DNA of 30,694 nucleotides from Chthoniobacterales bacterium (GCA_038214335.1 JBBQRY010000001.1:1-30694), one strand, 5' to 3'. Counted from the first letter of the stretch, positions 17,670 to 26,731 are shown. Program-made: numbers and translations. Notes: generated by a model not told the origin, from the letters alone.

Positions 17670-18614
17670 TCAACCTGGAAGCGTGGTCAGAAGAATCTCC
17701 GCCGGGCCGCCAACGGGGACGAGATCGAGGTCGTTTCCGGAAGCTGTGACGATAAAGAACCGGCCTTTCGTAAAGGAATGCCCGCCGCAGGCAACCTTGC
17801 CGCTGGTGACGGAAACGAGAGCAAACCGGCCGGGGGTGCGAACTTCTTGACGGGCATCCAGCGTGATGCGTTGCACTTGAAAGAACGGACACGATGCCAC
17901 GGATTTCACGGAGGCGCTGGCAACAGGCGGTTCAAAGTCATTGAAATCAATGGATGCCAGCGATTCTTCGATATGCAGGTCGCGGGGTTTTCCATCCAGC
18001 CCCATGCGGTTCCAATCAAAGACCCGGTAGGTGGTGTCGCTGTTTTGCTGGACCTCGACAATGAGGTTTCCCTCGCCAATCGCATGGAGGCGTCCGCTCG
18101 GAATGAAGATGCTCTCGCCGGTCGTCACCGGAATCTCGTGCAATGTTTCCTCGACCCCACCATGGCGCAGGGCCGACTCAAATGCGTCGCGGGTCACTCC
18201 CGCCTTGAGGCCTGCGTAAATGCGGGCTCCCGGAAGCGCATCCAAAAAATACCAGACTTCCGTCTTGGGCTCTCCGCCGAGCGATGCCGCCAAATGCTGA
18301 GGCGGATGAACCTGCACGGAAAGCCGCTCGCGCGCATCGAGGAGTTTGACAAGGATCGGAAACCGTGGGGACGCATGGTTGGCATACGCGGTCCCGAAAA
18401 TTTCCTCGCGGTCTCCTGTCCAAAGTTCGTTGAGTGTTTTCCCGCGAAGCGGTCCTTCGTGGACGGTGCTCTGCGCATCTTCGCGGTCCACGATTTCCCA
18501 GAGCTCTCCGATCACTGCTCCGGTCGGAAGCGGCTTTTGAAGGACAGACTCAAATCGGCGTCCTCCCCAGACGCGTTCCATCGGCAAAGGCTCGAAAACA
18601 ATGGGCTGATTCAT
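17670..18614 (-). CDS. manA: Type I mannose-6-phosphate isomerase (cupin)
   Basis: ELWEI, LLDARERLSVQVHP, KTEVWY, GRLHAIG, EVQQNSDTTYRVFDW. Confidence 0.92.
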   Translation of the reverse strand: MNQPIVFEPLPMERVWGGRRFESVLQKPLPTGAVIGELWEIVDREDAQSTVHEGPLRGKTLNELWTGDREEIFGTAYANHASPRFPILVKLLDARERLSVQVHPPQHLAASLGGEPKTEVWYFLDALPGARIYAGLKAGVTRDAFESALRHGGVEETLHEIPVTTGESIFIPSGRLHAIGEGNLIVEVQQNSDTTYRVFDWNRMGLDGKPRDLHIEESLASIDFNDFEPPVASASVKSVASCPFFQVQRITLDARQEVRTPGRFALVSVTSGKVACGGHSFTKGRFFIVTASGNDLDLVPVGGPAEILLTTLPG

Positions 18615-18658
18615 CCCCGCAGCATTCGCGATTTTTCAGGCTCACACAATCCGAAAAC

Positions 18659-19054
18659 TCAATCGCGGTTCAGGATCCCCGTCGAAGCCCGAGGCAGAAG
18701 CTGACTGAGTCGGAACTCTTCAGATTTTCCGGACACCGTCGCTGCAAGAATTCGTAAATCCGGCGCGAACTCTGCCAGCACTTGCCGACACGCTCCGCAC
18801 GGGCTGATGGCATGGTCGGTATCCGCCACCACGGCCAAACATCGGAACGTGCGATGTCCCCGCGCCACCGCGGAACCAACGGCCACACGCTCCGCGCACA
18901 CCGTGAGCCCAAAACTCAGGTTTTCAACATTGCAGCCAGTGAAAACCGACCCGTCTTCCGTGAGCAGTGCGGCCCCGACGGCGAACCCCGAATACGGCGC
19001 ATACGCATTTTGCCGCACATCCATCGCGGCCTTAATCAGTTGTTTGTCCTCCAT
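18659..19054 (-). CDS. cdd: Cytidine deaminase (homotetrameric type)
   Basis: YAPYSGFAVGAAL, NVENLSFGLTVCAER, PCGACRQ zinc motifs. Confidence 0.96.
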   Translation of the reverse strand: MEDKQLIKAAMDVRQNAYAPYSGFAVGAALLTEDGSVFTGCNVENLSFGLTVCAERVAVGSAVARGHRTFRCLAVVADTDHAISPCGACRQVLAEFAPDLRILAATVSGKSEEFRLSQLLPRASTGILNRD

Positions 19055-19112
19055 CGTTCGACTTTAGCCTTGTGGCTTGCGGAACTCCAGCATCTGTGCT
19101 TGATTGCGCATT

Positions 19113-19418
19113 ATGAAAACCAGCGGCACTGAAGCATCTCCGGCCAAAGCCTTTCTGGAGCAGCTCGAAAACTTTCGCGAACTCTGTCACGAAACCTTGG
19201 GAACCATTGGCGCGAAGCTGGATCAGCAGATTGACTCCATCAAGACCGAGGTGGATGCCATGCGCACAGAAACCGATATTTCCAAAATTCGTGATATCCG
19301 GGACATGGGCACCCTCATTGGACATGCCGATATCAAACCCGCCAAAGCCCGCCGCAAGGATCTGAAAAAGCTCGATTCTATCACCGAAGACCTCCTCATG
19401 GTTATCAAGTCCTGGTAA
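19113..19418 (+). CDS. Hypothetical helical protein (101 aa)
   Basis: Clean ORF with helical composition, ending KARRKDLKKLDSITEDLLMVIKSW, 12 bp before msrA. Confidence 0.7.
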   Translation: MKTSGTEASPAKAFLEQLENFRELCHETLGTIGAKLDQQIDSIKTEVDAMRTETDISKIRDIRDMGTLIGHADIKPAKARRKDLKKLDSITEDLLMVIKSW

Positions 19419-19430
19419 TGAAAGTCCCTC

Positions 19431-19991
19431 ATGAAATATCTCCTATGCCTCATGGCACTTGTCGTCTCCGCTATGGCCTCTGAAGAAAAAGCCGTTCTCG
19501 GCGGAGGATGTTTCTGGTGCATCGAAGCCGTCTATCACGGTCAGCCCGGCATCGGGACCGTCGTCAGCGGCTATGCGGGGGGGAGCATTCCGAACCCGAC
19601 TTACGAGCGGGTCTGCACCGGAAAAACCGGCCACGCGGAAGTGGTCGAAATTACGTTTGATCCTGCGGTGACAACCTACGAAAAGGTTCTCGATTTGTTC
19701 TGGGACGCCCACGATCCCACGACCCTGAACCGTCAGGGCGCGGACGCCGGCACCCAATACCGCTCGATCATCGTCGCACAAAACCCGGCCCAACGTGCGG
19801 CCGCCGAAAAATCCAAAGCCGAGGCACAGTCTCGATTCCGCTCCCCGATTGTCACGGAAATCGTGACCGATGCGCCCTTCTATGCCGCCGAGGAACACCA
19901 TCAGGATTTCTACGAGCGCAATCCTAACCAGCCCTACTCCCGCGCTGTCATCGCCCCCAAACTCGATAAGTTGCGAACAGGCAAGCACTAG
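19431..19991 (+). CDS. msrA: Peptide-methionine (S)-S-oxide reductase with signal peptide
   Basis: GGGCFWC active site, GYAGG, TGHAEVV, HDPTTLNRQGADAGTQYRS, FYAAEEHHQDFY. Hydrophobic N-terminus MKYLLCLMALVVSAMA. Confidence 0.95.
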   Translation: MKYLLCLMALVVSAMASEEKAVLGGGCFWCIEAVYHGQPGIGTVVSGYAGGSIPNPTYERVCTGKTGHAEVVEITFDPAVTTYEKVLDLFWDAHDPTTLNRQGADAGTQYRSIIVAQNPAQRAAAEKSKAEAQSRFRSPIVTEIVTDAPFYAAEEHHQDFYERNPNQPYSRAVIAPKLDKLRTGKH

Positions 19992-19997
19992 GATTCC

Positions 19998-20300
19998 CTA
20001 CTGCCAGTGGGCCGGGATCCAGACGCGTTGGCCGTTCGAGGTGCCCCATGTGCCATCAACCCAGACGGATTGGGGGCTGGGAGGGAGGCCGCGTTGTGGC
20101 GTGGCAGAGGAAGGACCAGCTTCAAGGAAGTCTGAGTCGTTGCTTCGTCCAGCGGTGGCTGGATGCGGCCCGCGATCGAGCCATTCAAAGAGGGCGTAGC
20201 CGATGGGATCAGGTGGACGCAGGCGGCCTTCCGCATTGCGGCAACCGATGAGGGAACTGCACAGGAGAAGCCCACTGCCGATCAGAAAGGTGTGACGCAT
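19998..20300 (-). CDS. Small lipoprotein with C-terminal YXWGXW-like motif
   Basis: Lipobox LIGC after a hydrophobic stretch; tail SVWVDGTWGTSNGQRVWIPAHWQ. Confidence 0.72.
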   Translation of the reverse strand: MRHTFLIGSGLLLCSSLIGCRNAEGRLRPPDPIGYALFEWLDRGPHPATAGRSNDSDFLEAGPSSATPQRGLPPSPQSVWVDGTWGTSNGQRVWIPAHWQ

Positions 20301-20327
20301 GGAGATCAGTATCTCCCGGTCTGGGAA

Positions 20328-21569
20328 TTATTTCCACTGAAGATTTGCGAGGCGCAGGGCAACTTCCTCGACATTGGCGCGACTGTTGAACGCCGAAATG
20401 CGGAAATACCCTTCGCCTGCGGGCCCGAATCCGCTGCCTGGAGTTACGACCACATTTGCCTGCGAAAGCACTCTGTCAAAAATCTCCCAACTCGTGAGCC
20501 CATGCGGTCCGCGCACCCAGATATACGGCGCATTCTGACCCCCGAACGTCTCGAGTCCGCATCCTTTTGCCGCTTCAACAAGGATCCGGGCATTTCCCAT
20601 ATAATGCTCGATGAGCGCCGCGACCTCGCGCTGGCCTTCCCCGGAATAAAGCGCCGCCGCTGCCCGCTGGGTGACATAGCCGACCCCATTGAACTTTGTG
20701 CTAAAGCGCCGGTTCCAAAGCGGGTGGAGCGGATGCTTTGCGCCCGCAGATGTCGTGCAGTGGAGGGCTTTCGGAACCACGGTAAAGGCGCAACGCACAC
20801 CAGTGAATCCCCCGTTTTTCGAGAAGCTGCGAAACTCGATCGCGCACGTGTTAGCACCGGGGATTTCGTAAATCGAATGCGGGATCCCGGGATCTTGAAT
20901 GTAGGCTTCGTAGGCGGCATCAAAGAGGATGACCGCCTCATGGGCGCGGGCGTAGTCCACCCACGCCGCAAGTTGCTCGCGGGTGGCCGTGGCACCGGTC
21001 GGATTATTCGGATAGCAGAGGTAAATCAGATCCACCTTTTCGCTCGGCACCGCTGGGACGAATCCGTTTCCCGCCGTGCATGGCAGGTAAACCAGTCCGC
21101 CGTAGAGCCCGCAAGCATCGCCTTCGGCGGTGTGGCCGGCCATGACATTCGTATCGACATAGACCGGGTAAACCGGATCCATCACGGCGATCCGGTTGTC
21201 GTGCCCGAAAATATCCAAAATATTCCCGCAGTCGCACTTCGAGCCGTCGGAGACAAAAATCTCATCGTTGGCCACTTCGATGCCACGCTCGCGGTAATCG
21301 TTTGCGGCAATCGCCTCGCGGAGAAATTCATAGCCCTGCTCCGGACCGTAACCTTTGAAGGTTTCGCGCCCGCCCATTTCATCGACGGCTGCATGCATGG
21401 CCTCGCGCACAGCCTCGGGCAGCGGTTCGGTCACGTCTCCAATTCCACAGCGAATCAACCGCGCGGCAGCATCCGGACTAGCATCCGTGAAAGCCTTAAC
21501 CCTACGGTTGATTTCCGGGAACAAATACCCGGCCTTGAGTTTGAGATAATTGGAATTGAGACGCGCCAT
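20328..21569 (-). CDS. dapL: LL-diaminopimelate aminotransferase
   Basis: [48 protein letters not shown]-lysine [30 protein letters not shown]. Confidence 0.96.
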   Translation of the reverse strand: MARLNSNYLKLKAGYLFPEINRRVKAFTDASPDAAARLIRCGIGDVTEPLPEAVREAMHAAVDEMGGRETFKGYGPEQGYEFLREAIAANDYRERGIEVANDEIFVSDGSKCDCGNILDIFGHDNRIAVMDPVYPVYVDTNVMAGHTAEGDACGLYGGLVYLPCTAGNGFVPAVPSEKVDLIYLCYPNNPTGATATREQLAAWVDYARAHEAVILFDAAYEAYIQDPGIPHSIYEIPGANTCAIEFRSFSKNGGFTGVRCAFTVVPKALHCTTSAGAKHPLHPLWNRRFSTKFNGVGYVTQRAAAALYSGEGQREVAALIEHYMGNARILVEAAKGCGLETFGGQNAPYIWVRGPHGLTSWEIFDRVLSQANVVVTPGSGFGPAGEGYFRISAFNSRANVEEVALRLANLQWK

Positions 21570-21628
21570 AGGAAAGCCGGTCACCGTGCCATACGCGCTC
21601 AGACCTGAAAAGCAAAATTATAAGTTAT

Positions 21629-21707
21629 GGGACTGACCCCTTGAGAGGAAGGGGGAAGGTACCGGTCCGCGCATTTGATCATTTGAGCATACGTGCGGAC
21701 TGGTACC
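21629..21707. repeat. REP-like stem-loop cluster upstream of dapL
   Basis: GGGACTGACCCC; CCCCTT..AAGGGG hairpin at 21637-21654; 15-bp inverted repeat GGTACCGGTCCGCGC (21658-21672) / GTGCGGACTGGTACC (21693-21707). Confidence 0.55.
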
Positions 21708-21811
21708 CGCCCGCCACGCCGCGACCGGAAAACTTTCGAGCGGTGAGGTTGAGGGTCGCAGAAGTGGCTCCCAAGCACTGGCCGCCCGAAAATGGCCATT
21801 TAAGAATTTTT

Positions 21812-21837
21812 GACAGGATTGCAGGATGCGCAGGATT
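21812..21837. repeat. Short triplicated CAGGAT motif (8-9 bp period)
   Basis: GACAGGATTGCAGGATGCGCAGGATT. Confidence 0.55.
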
Positions 21838-22040
21838 CGACCACGCTTCGGCCTTTGATCGGAATGGTGTTCAGAATCCCAGCAAGGAGGTGCTTGCTAT
21901 TGGAATAGACCTGTCGGCATCTGCACACAAGAAGGCCCTACACGAACCACAAGCGAGCACGCCGCTGCTTGCTCGATTTGCACTACGCCCTTTCCCCTTT
22001 GCGGCTTGCGGGAGCGGGGCACCTCTGCGAGATTGCCACC

Positions 22041-22325
22041 GTGAAAGAAATCATTTTCACCGTGGCAGCGGACGAAGCGGGCAGCTTTTCGGCATCATGG
22101 GATGATCCGCGAGGGGGAGGAATTTCCACGCAAGGAGAAGATCTGACGGACCTGTACGCCATGATCCGGGATGCGGTCCTCTGTCACTTTGACGAGGGCG
22201 AGATTCCGGCCCGTGTGGGCCTCCATGTCACGGAAGACCCGGCCCTTACATTCGCGCGAAACTGTCCCGTGACCTTTCCGGCCCGAAAATCGTCCGGGCG
22301 TTGCAACGAATGGGTTTTGCTTTGA
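22041..22325 (+). CDS. HicB-like antitoxin, extended by stop read-through
   Basis: GTG start; MKEIIFTV..DEAGSFSA...ISTQGEDLTDLYAMIRDAVLCHF...VGLHVTEDPAL is a HicB-like small fold. The expected stop position (22257-22259) reads CGA. Confidence 0.72.
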   Translation: MKEIIFTVAADEAGSFSASWDDPRGGGISTQGEDLTDLYAMIRDAVLCHFDEGEIPARVGLHVTEDPALTFARNCPVTFPARKSSGRCNEWVLL

Positions 22326-22369
22326 CATCGTGGCTGGGTGAGCGGAGTGTCGCAGCGGATCAACGGTAG
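22256..22369 (+). pseudogene. HicA-like toxin remnant (no start codon, truncated)
   Basis: The frame from 22256 reads (GCG)KLSRDLSGPKIVRALQRMGFALT, a HicA N-terminus, then diverges and stops before the GSH motif. Confidence 0.72.
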
Positions 22370-22388
22370 CTCGTAAACCGCTCGGCTT

Positions 22389-23087
22389 TCAACCTAAATT
22401 CAGGTTCCGCTTGATGAGGATATCGCGTGCGAAGGGATTTCCTTCGTCCTCCATTTCGCGGAGATAGAGAACGGCGAGGGCTCGGACGGATTCCGCAGGA
22501 TGGTCGAGGGCGGCTTCTGCAACGCGCGGGGTGAGGAAGCGCTCCAGCATGTTGGTGGCTTGGGCCGCATCGGCGGCGGGGAGAATTCCGAGATATGCGC
22601 GTTCCGCCTTGGCTTCTAGGAAGGCGATATCTTGGAGATCCTTGTCACGTCCGGTGTCCTGCTTGGTCACCAGGATGTCAATGACGTCCGGCAGCCGTGT
22701 GCCATCGGCAAGCGGGGTGGCGCGCGCCCAGACGGCATCAAACTCGTCCATATCCAATTCGTTCGGAGCACGAAAGATGTCGAGGGGTTGGTTTGCTCCC
22801 ATGATTCGGATCACTCCATCCTGCGCGATCACCTGGGAAAGGTCGTCTGGGGAAATCGGGGTCCAACTTCCGATGGCGAGAGGCTGAAGGGCCGGATACG
22901 TTCGGCAAAGCGCGAGCACGACAGAGGCCCAAGCGCAGGGATCCAAGCTAGGATCCAGCCAGATATCGGCGTCGAACGTGGGTCTCGAGTGGCCATGAGA
23001 AATCACCGCCAGCCCGCCCAGCATCAAGACGCGATGGCTTTCAGCCAAAGCACAGGTGATTATTGCTGTGGAAGCGGGATTTTCCAT
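22389..23087 (-). CDS. Pol-beta-superfamily nucleotidyltransferase with helical C-terminal extension
   Basis: LMLGGLAVISHGHSRPTFDADIWLD (GG...DxD), PLDIFR, KQDTGRDKDLQDIAFLE. ATG 23087. Confidence 0.82.
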   Translation of the reverse strand: MENPASTAIITCALAESHRVLMLGGLAVISHGHSRPTFDADIWLDPSLDPCAWASVVLALCRTYPALQPLAIGSWTPISPDDLSQVIAQDGVIRIMGANQPLDIFRAPNELDMDEFDAVWARATPLADGTRLPDVIDILVTKQDTGRDKDLQDIAFLEAKAERAYLGILPAADAAQATNMLERFLTPRVAEAALDHPAESVRALAVLYLREMEDEGNPFARDILIKRNLNLG

Positions 23088-23311
23088 TGGCGAGCGGTCT
23101 CCTTGATCCGATCCGAAATCCAGATGGCGTCGGCGACGGATTGCACGCCTCCGGGCAGCCATGGTTCGGAGTTGTCGGGGATGGGTTTGAGGCCTTGGGC
23201 GACGCGCGAATTCCCCTCGGGTTTGCCCTGCCGTCGCCGGATGTAAGCGCGTGATTGCTGCATGGAATACAACCACTTCTGCCGTTCCACATCCGGGCGG
23301 TATTGTTTCAT
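23060..23311 (-). CDS. Small hypothetical protein, putative partner of the nucleotidyltransferase
   Basis: 83-aa ORF overlapping the downstream nucleotidyltransferase start by 28 nt. Confidence 0.58.
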   Translation of the reverse strand: MKQYRPDVERQKWLYSMQQSRAYIRRRQGKPEGNSRVAQGLKPIPDNSEPWLPGGVQSVADAIWISDRIKETARQWKIPLPQQ

Positions 23312-23525
23312 GTGCCGAGCCTAACGCGCGCCGCCCGATATTTCCAGCCACATTCTGCTCAGTGCTAAGGAGGTTTCAGAAAGGGATAGTCAATCGATGG
23401 CTTACAAGGGCCTGATCGACCTCCGGCAGCAGGTGCGCTGAGCGAAGTCGCTTGTGAAGATTCAGCTCCAGCGCCGACACGATCTGATTCCTGTCATTGC
23501 AAATACTGTCAGTGGCATAAAACGA

Positions 23526-24365
23526 TCATTTATTGTCCCAAAGGCTGCGCAGGACGGACCACCAGACGAAGGCGCGGCTTGCCTTTGGAGCGCGGGCCTG
23601 CGGGTTGGCCGCGATGAGGTCAAGCGTGCGGCGGGCAAGGTGGAGCGGTAGCCGCACGGCAACGCGCACGCGGAGCCACCGCACCTGGTTGGCATAAAGT
23701 GCGCCGGCTTCAAGGGCGTGGCGTGCCCGAGCCATGGCATTCTCGAATTCGCATTCCCGCACATAAACCCGGCCCGCTGCGGCATCCGCATGGCGGTCGC
23801 GAAGGATATTCACCCATTGGAGCCCGCAGCCAAATTTCCAACCCAGCCGGCTGAGTTCCTCGGGGTTGCAGCGCGAATATCGAGGCAGATGTTTGAAACA
23901 AATCTCAGTCCAAAATTTTCCCACGCATCCTGCCACGAGTCCGGTGTAATGGGCGGCTTCGTCGATCGTGAGCGGCACCTCATTTTCCGCAAACCGCATC
24001 AAATCAAATTGCTGGCCTTCTAAGATCGTTCGCCAGACCGCACGGATTTCGGCAGAGTCCGGCGAGGATTCCAGCTCGGCGAGGAGATGCGGCAGGGCCT
24101 CAAGCAGATCGCGTTCGGCAGCGGGAAGACAACCCAGCGGGAGGACTTCTTCGGGTTCCCATCGGTCGGGCAGCCTCTCCAGCAATTCGCGCCGCACCGG
24201 GATCGGCACCTCGGAGGCGTCGGCGATGGAGTCCGATGCGCGTGCGAGCAGGTAAGCCAGGGCCAAGGTGCCGCGCACCTCCCGGGGCACAAGGCGCAAC
24301 GAAAGGAAAAATGACCGGGATACTCTGCGAAGGAGATCGTCCGCGTTCGGAAACGCACCATCCAT
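23526..24365 (-). CDS. Squalene/phytoene synthase family (head-to-head prenyltransferase)
   Basis: LLRRVSRSFFLSL, YLLARASDSIAD (DxxxD), YTGLVAGCVG, LQWVNILRD..AD. ATG 24365 chosen as start. Confidence 0.88.
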   Translation of the reverse strand: MDGAFPNADDLLRRVSRSFFLSLRLVPREVRGTLALAYLLARASDSIADASEVPIPVRRELLERLPDRWEPEEVLPLGCLPAAERDLLEALPHLLAELESSPDSAEIRAVWRTILEGQQFDLMRFAENEVPLTIDEAAHYTGLVAGCVGKFWTEICFKHLPRYSRCNPEELSRLGWKFGCGLQWVNILRDRHADAAAGRVYVRECEFENAMARARHALEAGALYANQVRWLRVRVAVRLPLHLARRTLDLIAANPQARAPKASRAFVWWSVLRSLWDNK

Positions 24366-24387
24366 GACAGGTCCGAATATCAAGAAT

Positions 24388-26484
24388 CTACCGGCGTCCT
24401 CCACCGCCCCGGAATCCGCCGCCACCCCCAAACGAGCGCTGCTGACCGACATTTCGCGAGAACCTCTGCGAGTCGAGGTCCGAGCGCATCGAGTCATTGA
24501 ACGCATTGCGATCCGGCTGAGCCCAGCCATCGCCTTTTTGTTGCTGCCAGCCGCCATCGGAGGCGGCCCGATACGCTTGGCCGTCCTTTCCGGCAAAGAC
24601 ATCGTTGTTGCCCAGCCGTGAGGCATCGTTCTGGAGCGTTTGCCGATCTACGGTCTGACGGTTTTCAGCGCGTGCGGGATCATTGGCCTGCGGGCGATCG
24701 TTTTTCCAGTTTTGGTAGTTCGGGTTCGACCGGATATTGTTGGCCGCATTGTTGACATCCGTGCGGGTGATGTGCGTGTTCTTTACGACGTTGTTGGACC
24801 AGTTGTTATAGACGTTGCGGGTGTTGATGTTCACGTTGTTCCAGTTCTTTTCCCATCCGCCATGCCATGGTCCCCACCATGGCGAACATCCCCAGGCGTG
24901 GTCGGCGACAAGGCCGAAGGCAAACCCGGTGGACAGCCCGCAGGCAAATCCCGCACCGAATCCATACGTCACGGGGGGGCCAATCCAAACATCGCCTCCA
25001 ATAAATGGCGGATACCAATATCCGGTTCCGAACACCACGACGCCCTCCGGAGCAAGGCATGGCCCAAAGTAGCCCGGGGTGTAACCCGTATAGACAACTT
25101 CCGGCGTTGAACCATACACAGAGACATTTGTCACATAGTAGATCGGGCAGCTCGGAGGAATCGCGTAAATCTCCGGAGGCACGGAATCCGCAACCGCCCA
25201 TGGCCCAGTGGGCGCGGCGGACTGAAACCAGACGCCCTTCACGATCGCATAGTAGGAATCCTCTGCCACCTTGATGACGGGCGTGGAGGTATTGATCGCA
25301 TAGCCAAGAGCGGTGCCGGCAATCGGCTGAAACTCGGGAGTTCCTACGAAATCCACGGTGGTTGAAGCCGTGCGTGAGATCGTTGCCGTCTGCGGAATCG
25401 TGGATGAGATGGCTGCCTCGTTGGCCTGCGGAGTTCCCGCCACGGACGCCAGCACGGTCCCCGCCGGATGGCTCTCCGGGATCATTGCAAAATCCGCCGG
25501 AAGCGCATTGGACGCCACAAACTGCCATGGTCCCGCGAGCGAAGGTCCTGTGAACCAGCGCCCGGAAAGCACGACATACCATGCCTGAGTTGGCACATAG
25601 ACGAAGATCGAGCCGGTGGAGTTCGTCACCTGCAAAAGCTGGGTGGGATCAATCGGAGCGAGCTGTGCAGGCCCCTCGGTCGTGACCAACTCCGCCGCTG
25701 CGGTGCTCACAAAAACCGTCGGCAGCGGTCCCGGTTCCGAACCCTTCGGCGGATCATAAAGCTGTGCGGTATCCGACACCCCAGCCAGCACGGTAGCCAG
25801 CGATGCGGGCGGAGTCTGCGCCGCCGTCCATGGCCCGTTCAACGCCGAAGCCTGCACCCAGCCGCCATTGATGCGCAGGAAATACAGTCCGCTGGTTGGG
25901 TCCATCAGGATGAGTGCTTGGGTATTGATCACGCGCAGCAAGGTGACACCATTCACCGCACGCAAGGCGGGTTCGCCATTCACCAGCACGAGCACGGCGG
26001 GGCCGTCGCTGGTGAAAATCGTGGGAACAGGATTCTGCACCGCGACGGTAGGTTGGCCTTCGGCGGTTGTGACGGCAAGGTTGGCTCGAATGGCCGGGAG
26101 CGAAAGGTTCTGCGCCCACGTGGAAGCTTGGGCGGTGACGAGGCCCGCATAATTGGTGGCCTGATCCGGAGCGGATGGAAAATTGATCTGTGCCGGCGTG
26201 AGATTCGACAACGACACAACCTGCTGCTCATTATCGACATCCGTCGTGCCCATGAGAACCATGGTCCCGAATTGCGGAGCCGCCGCCCCCTGTGGCGTCA
26301 CCGACACCGCCAGCCGAGCTGTCAACTGGTTGCCCGTCCAATCAGTCACCTGTGGCTGGTAAACCGAAAACGACGCCCCATTCGCAGTGAACGTCCTCGG
26401 CCACCCCGCGCCGGGGTCCGCAAACCCTTCCCCAGCAAAAAAACAAATACCCGCAACCGCAAACAACAGGCAGCACGTTTTCAT
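24388..26484 (-). CDS. Secreted 698-aa protein with three internal Y....G.W......GPW repeats and Asn-rich / Gly-Arg-rich tail
   Basis: Signal peptide MKTCCLLFAVAGICFFAGEGFA, then WPRTF...YQPQVTDW. Ends GGGGGFRGGGGRR. Confidence 0.82.
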   Translation of the reverse strand: MKTCCLLFAVAGICFFAGEGFADPGAGWPRTFTANGASFSVYQPQVTDWTGNQLTARLAVSVTPQGAAAPQFGTMVLMGTTDVDNEQQVVSLSNLTPAQINFPSAPDQATNYAGLVTAQASTWAQNLSLPAIRANLAVTTAEGQPTVAVQNPVPTIFTSDGPAVLVLVNGEPALRAVNGVTLLRVINTQALILMDPTSGLYFLRINGGWVQASALNGPWTAAQTPPASLATVLAGVSDTAQLYDPPKGSEPGPLPTVFVSTAAAELVTTEGPAQLAPIDPTQLLQVTNSTGSIFVYVPTQAWYVVLSGRWFTGPSLAGPWQFVASNALPADFAMIPESHPAGTVLASVAGTPQANEAAISSTIPQTATISRTASTTVDFVGTPEFQPIAGTALGYAINTSTPVIKVAEDSYYAIVKGVWFQSAAPTGPWAVADSVPPEIYAIPPSCPIYYVTNVSVYGSTPEVVYTGYTPGYFGPCLAPEGVVVFGTGYWYPPFIGGDVWIGPPVTYGFGAGFACGLSTGFAFGLVADHAWGCSPWWGPWHGGWEKNWNNVNINTRNVYNNWSNNVVKNTHITRTDVNNAANNIRSNPNYQNWKNDRPQANDPARAENRQTVDRQTLQNDASRLGNNDVFAGKDGQAYRAASDGGWQQQKGDGWAQPDRNAFNDSMRSDLDSQRFSRNVGQQRSFGGGGGFRGGGGRR

Positions 26485-26590
26485 AGAATTCAAACTAGCA
26501 TCAACATGCCGGTTAGCGAGGGAATAACGCGTTGGAACCGGCCTGCCGATCGTGGGCAAAACCTTGCATGGGGATGCCTGTTTCCTTCAT

Positions 26591-26638
26591 TCCGGTGGAG
26601 CCATGTTTTCTGGCTAAAACTGCGCCACCTCCACCGGA
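26591..26638 (-). terminator. Stem-loop directly 3' of tRNA-Ser(GGA), possible terminator or processing signal
   Basis: Perfect 10-bp inverted repeat TCCGGTGGAG (26591-26600) / CTCCACCGGA (26629-26638), with inner GTTTT/AAAAC pairing. No strong U-tract. Confidence 0.4.
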
Positions 26639-26646
26639 GGAAAACC

Positions 26647-26731
26647 CGGATGGGGAGGGATTCGAACCCCCGGTACCTTTCGGCACACACGCTTTCCAGG
26701 CGTGCGCATTCGACCACTCTGCCACCCATCC
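26647..26731 (-). tRNA. tRNA-Ser(GGA)
   Basis: Minus strand GGATGGGTGGCAGAGTGG...CACGC-CTGGAAA-GCGTG, long variable arm, GGTTCGAATCC T-loop, CCCATCCG. CCA is not encoded. Confidence 0.97.

Noticed and set aside
21641-22105. 154-aa plus ORF, and the 5' extensions of ORFs 22389-23351, 23526-24626, 24388-26559 and 27750-28637
   Set aside because: They run through repeats, neighbouring genes or tRNA. Similarity starts only at the downstream starts used in the feature list.
23350-23520. Possible small ORFs between the squalene-synthase-like gene and the NTase pair
   Set aside because: Only very short frames without a convincing start or motif.
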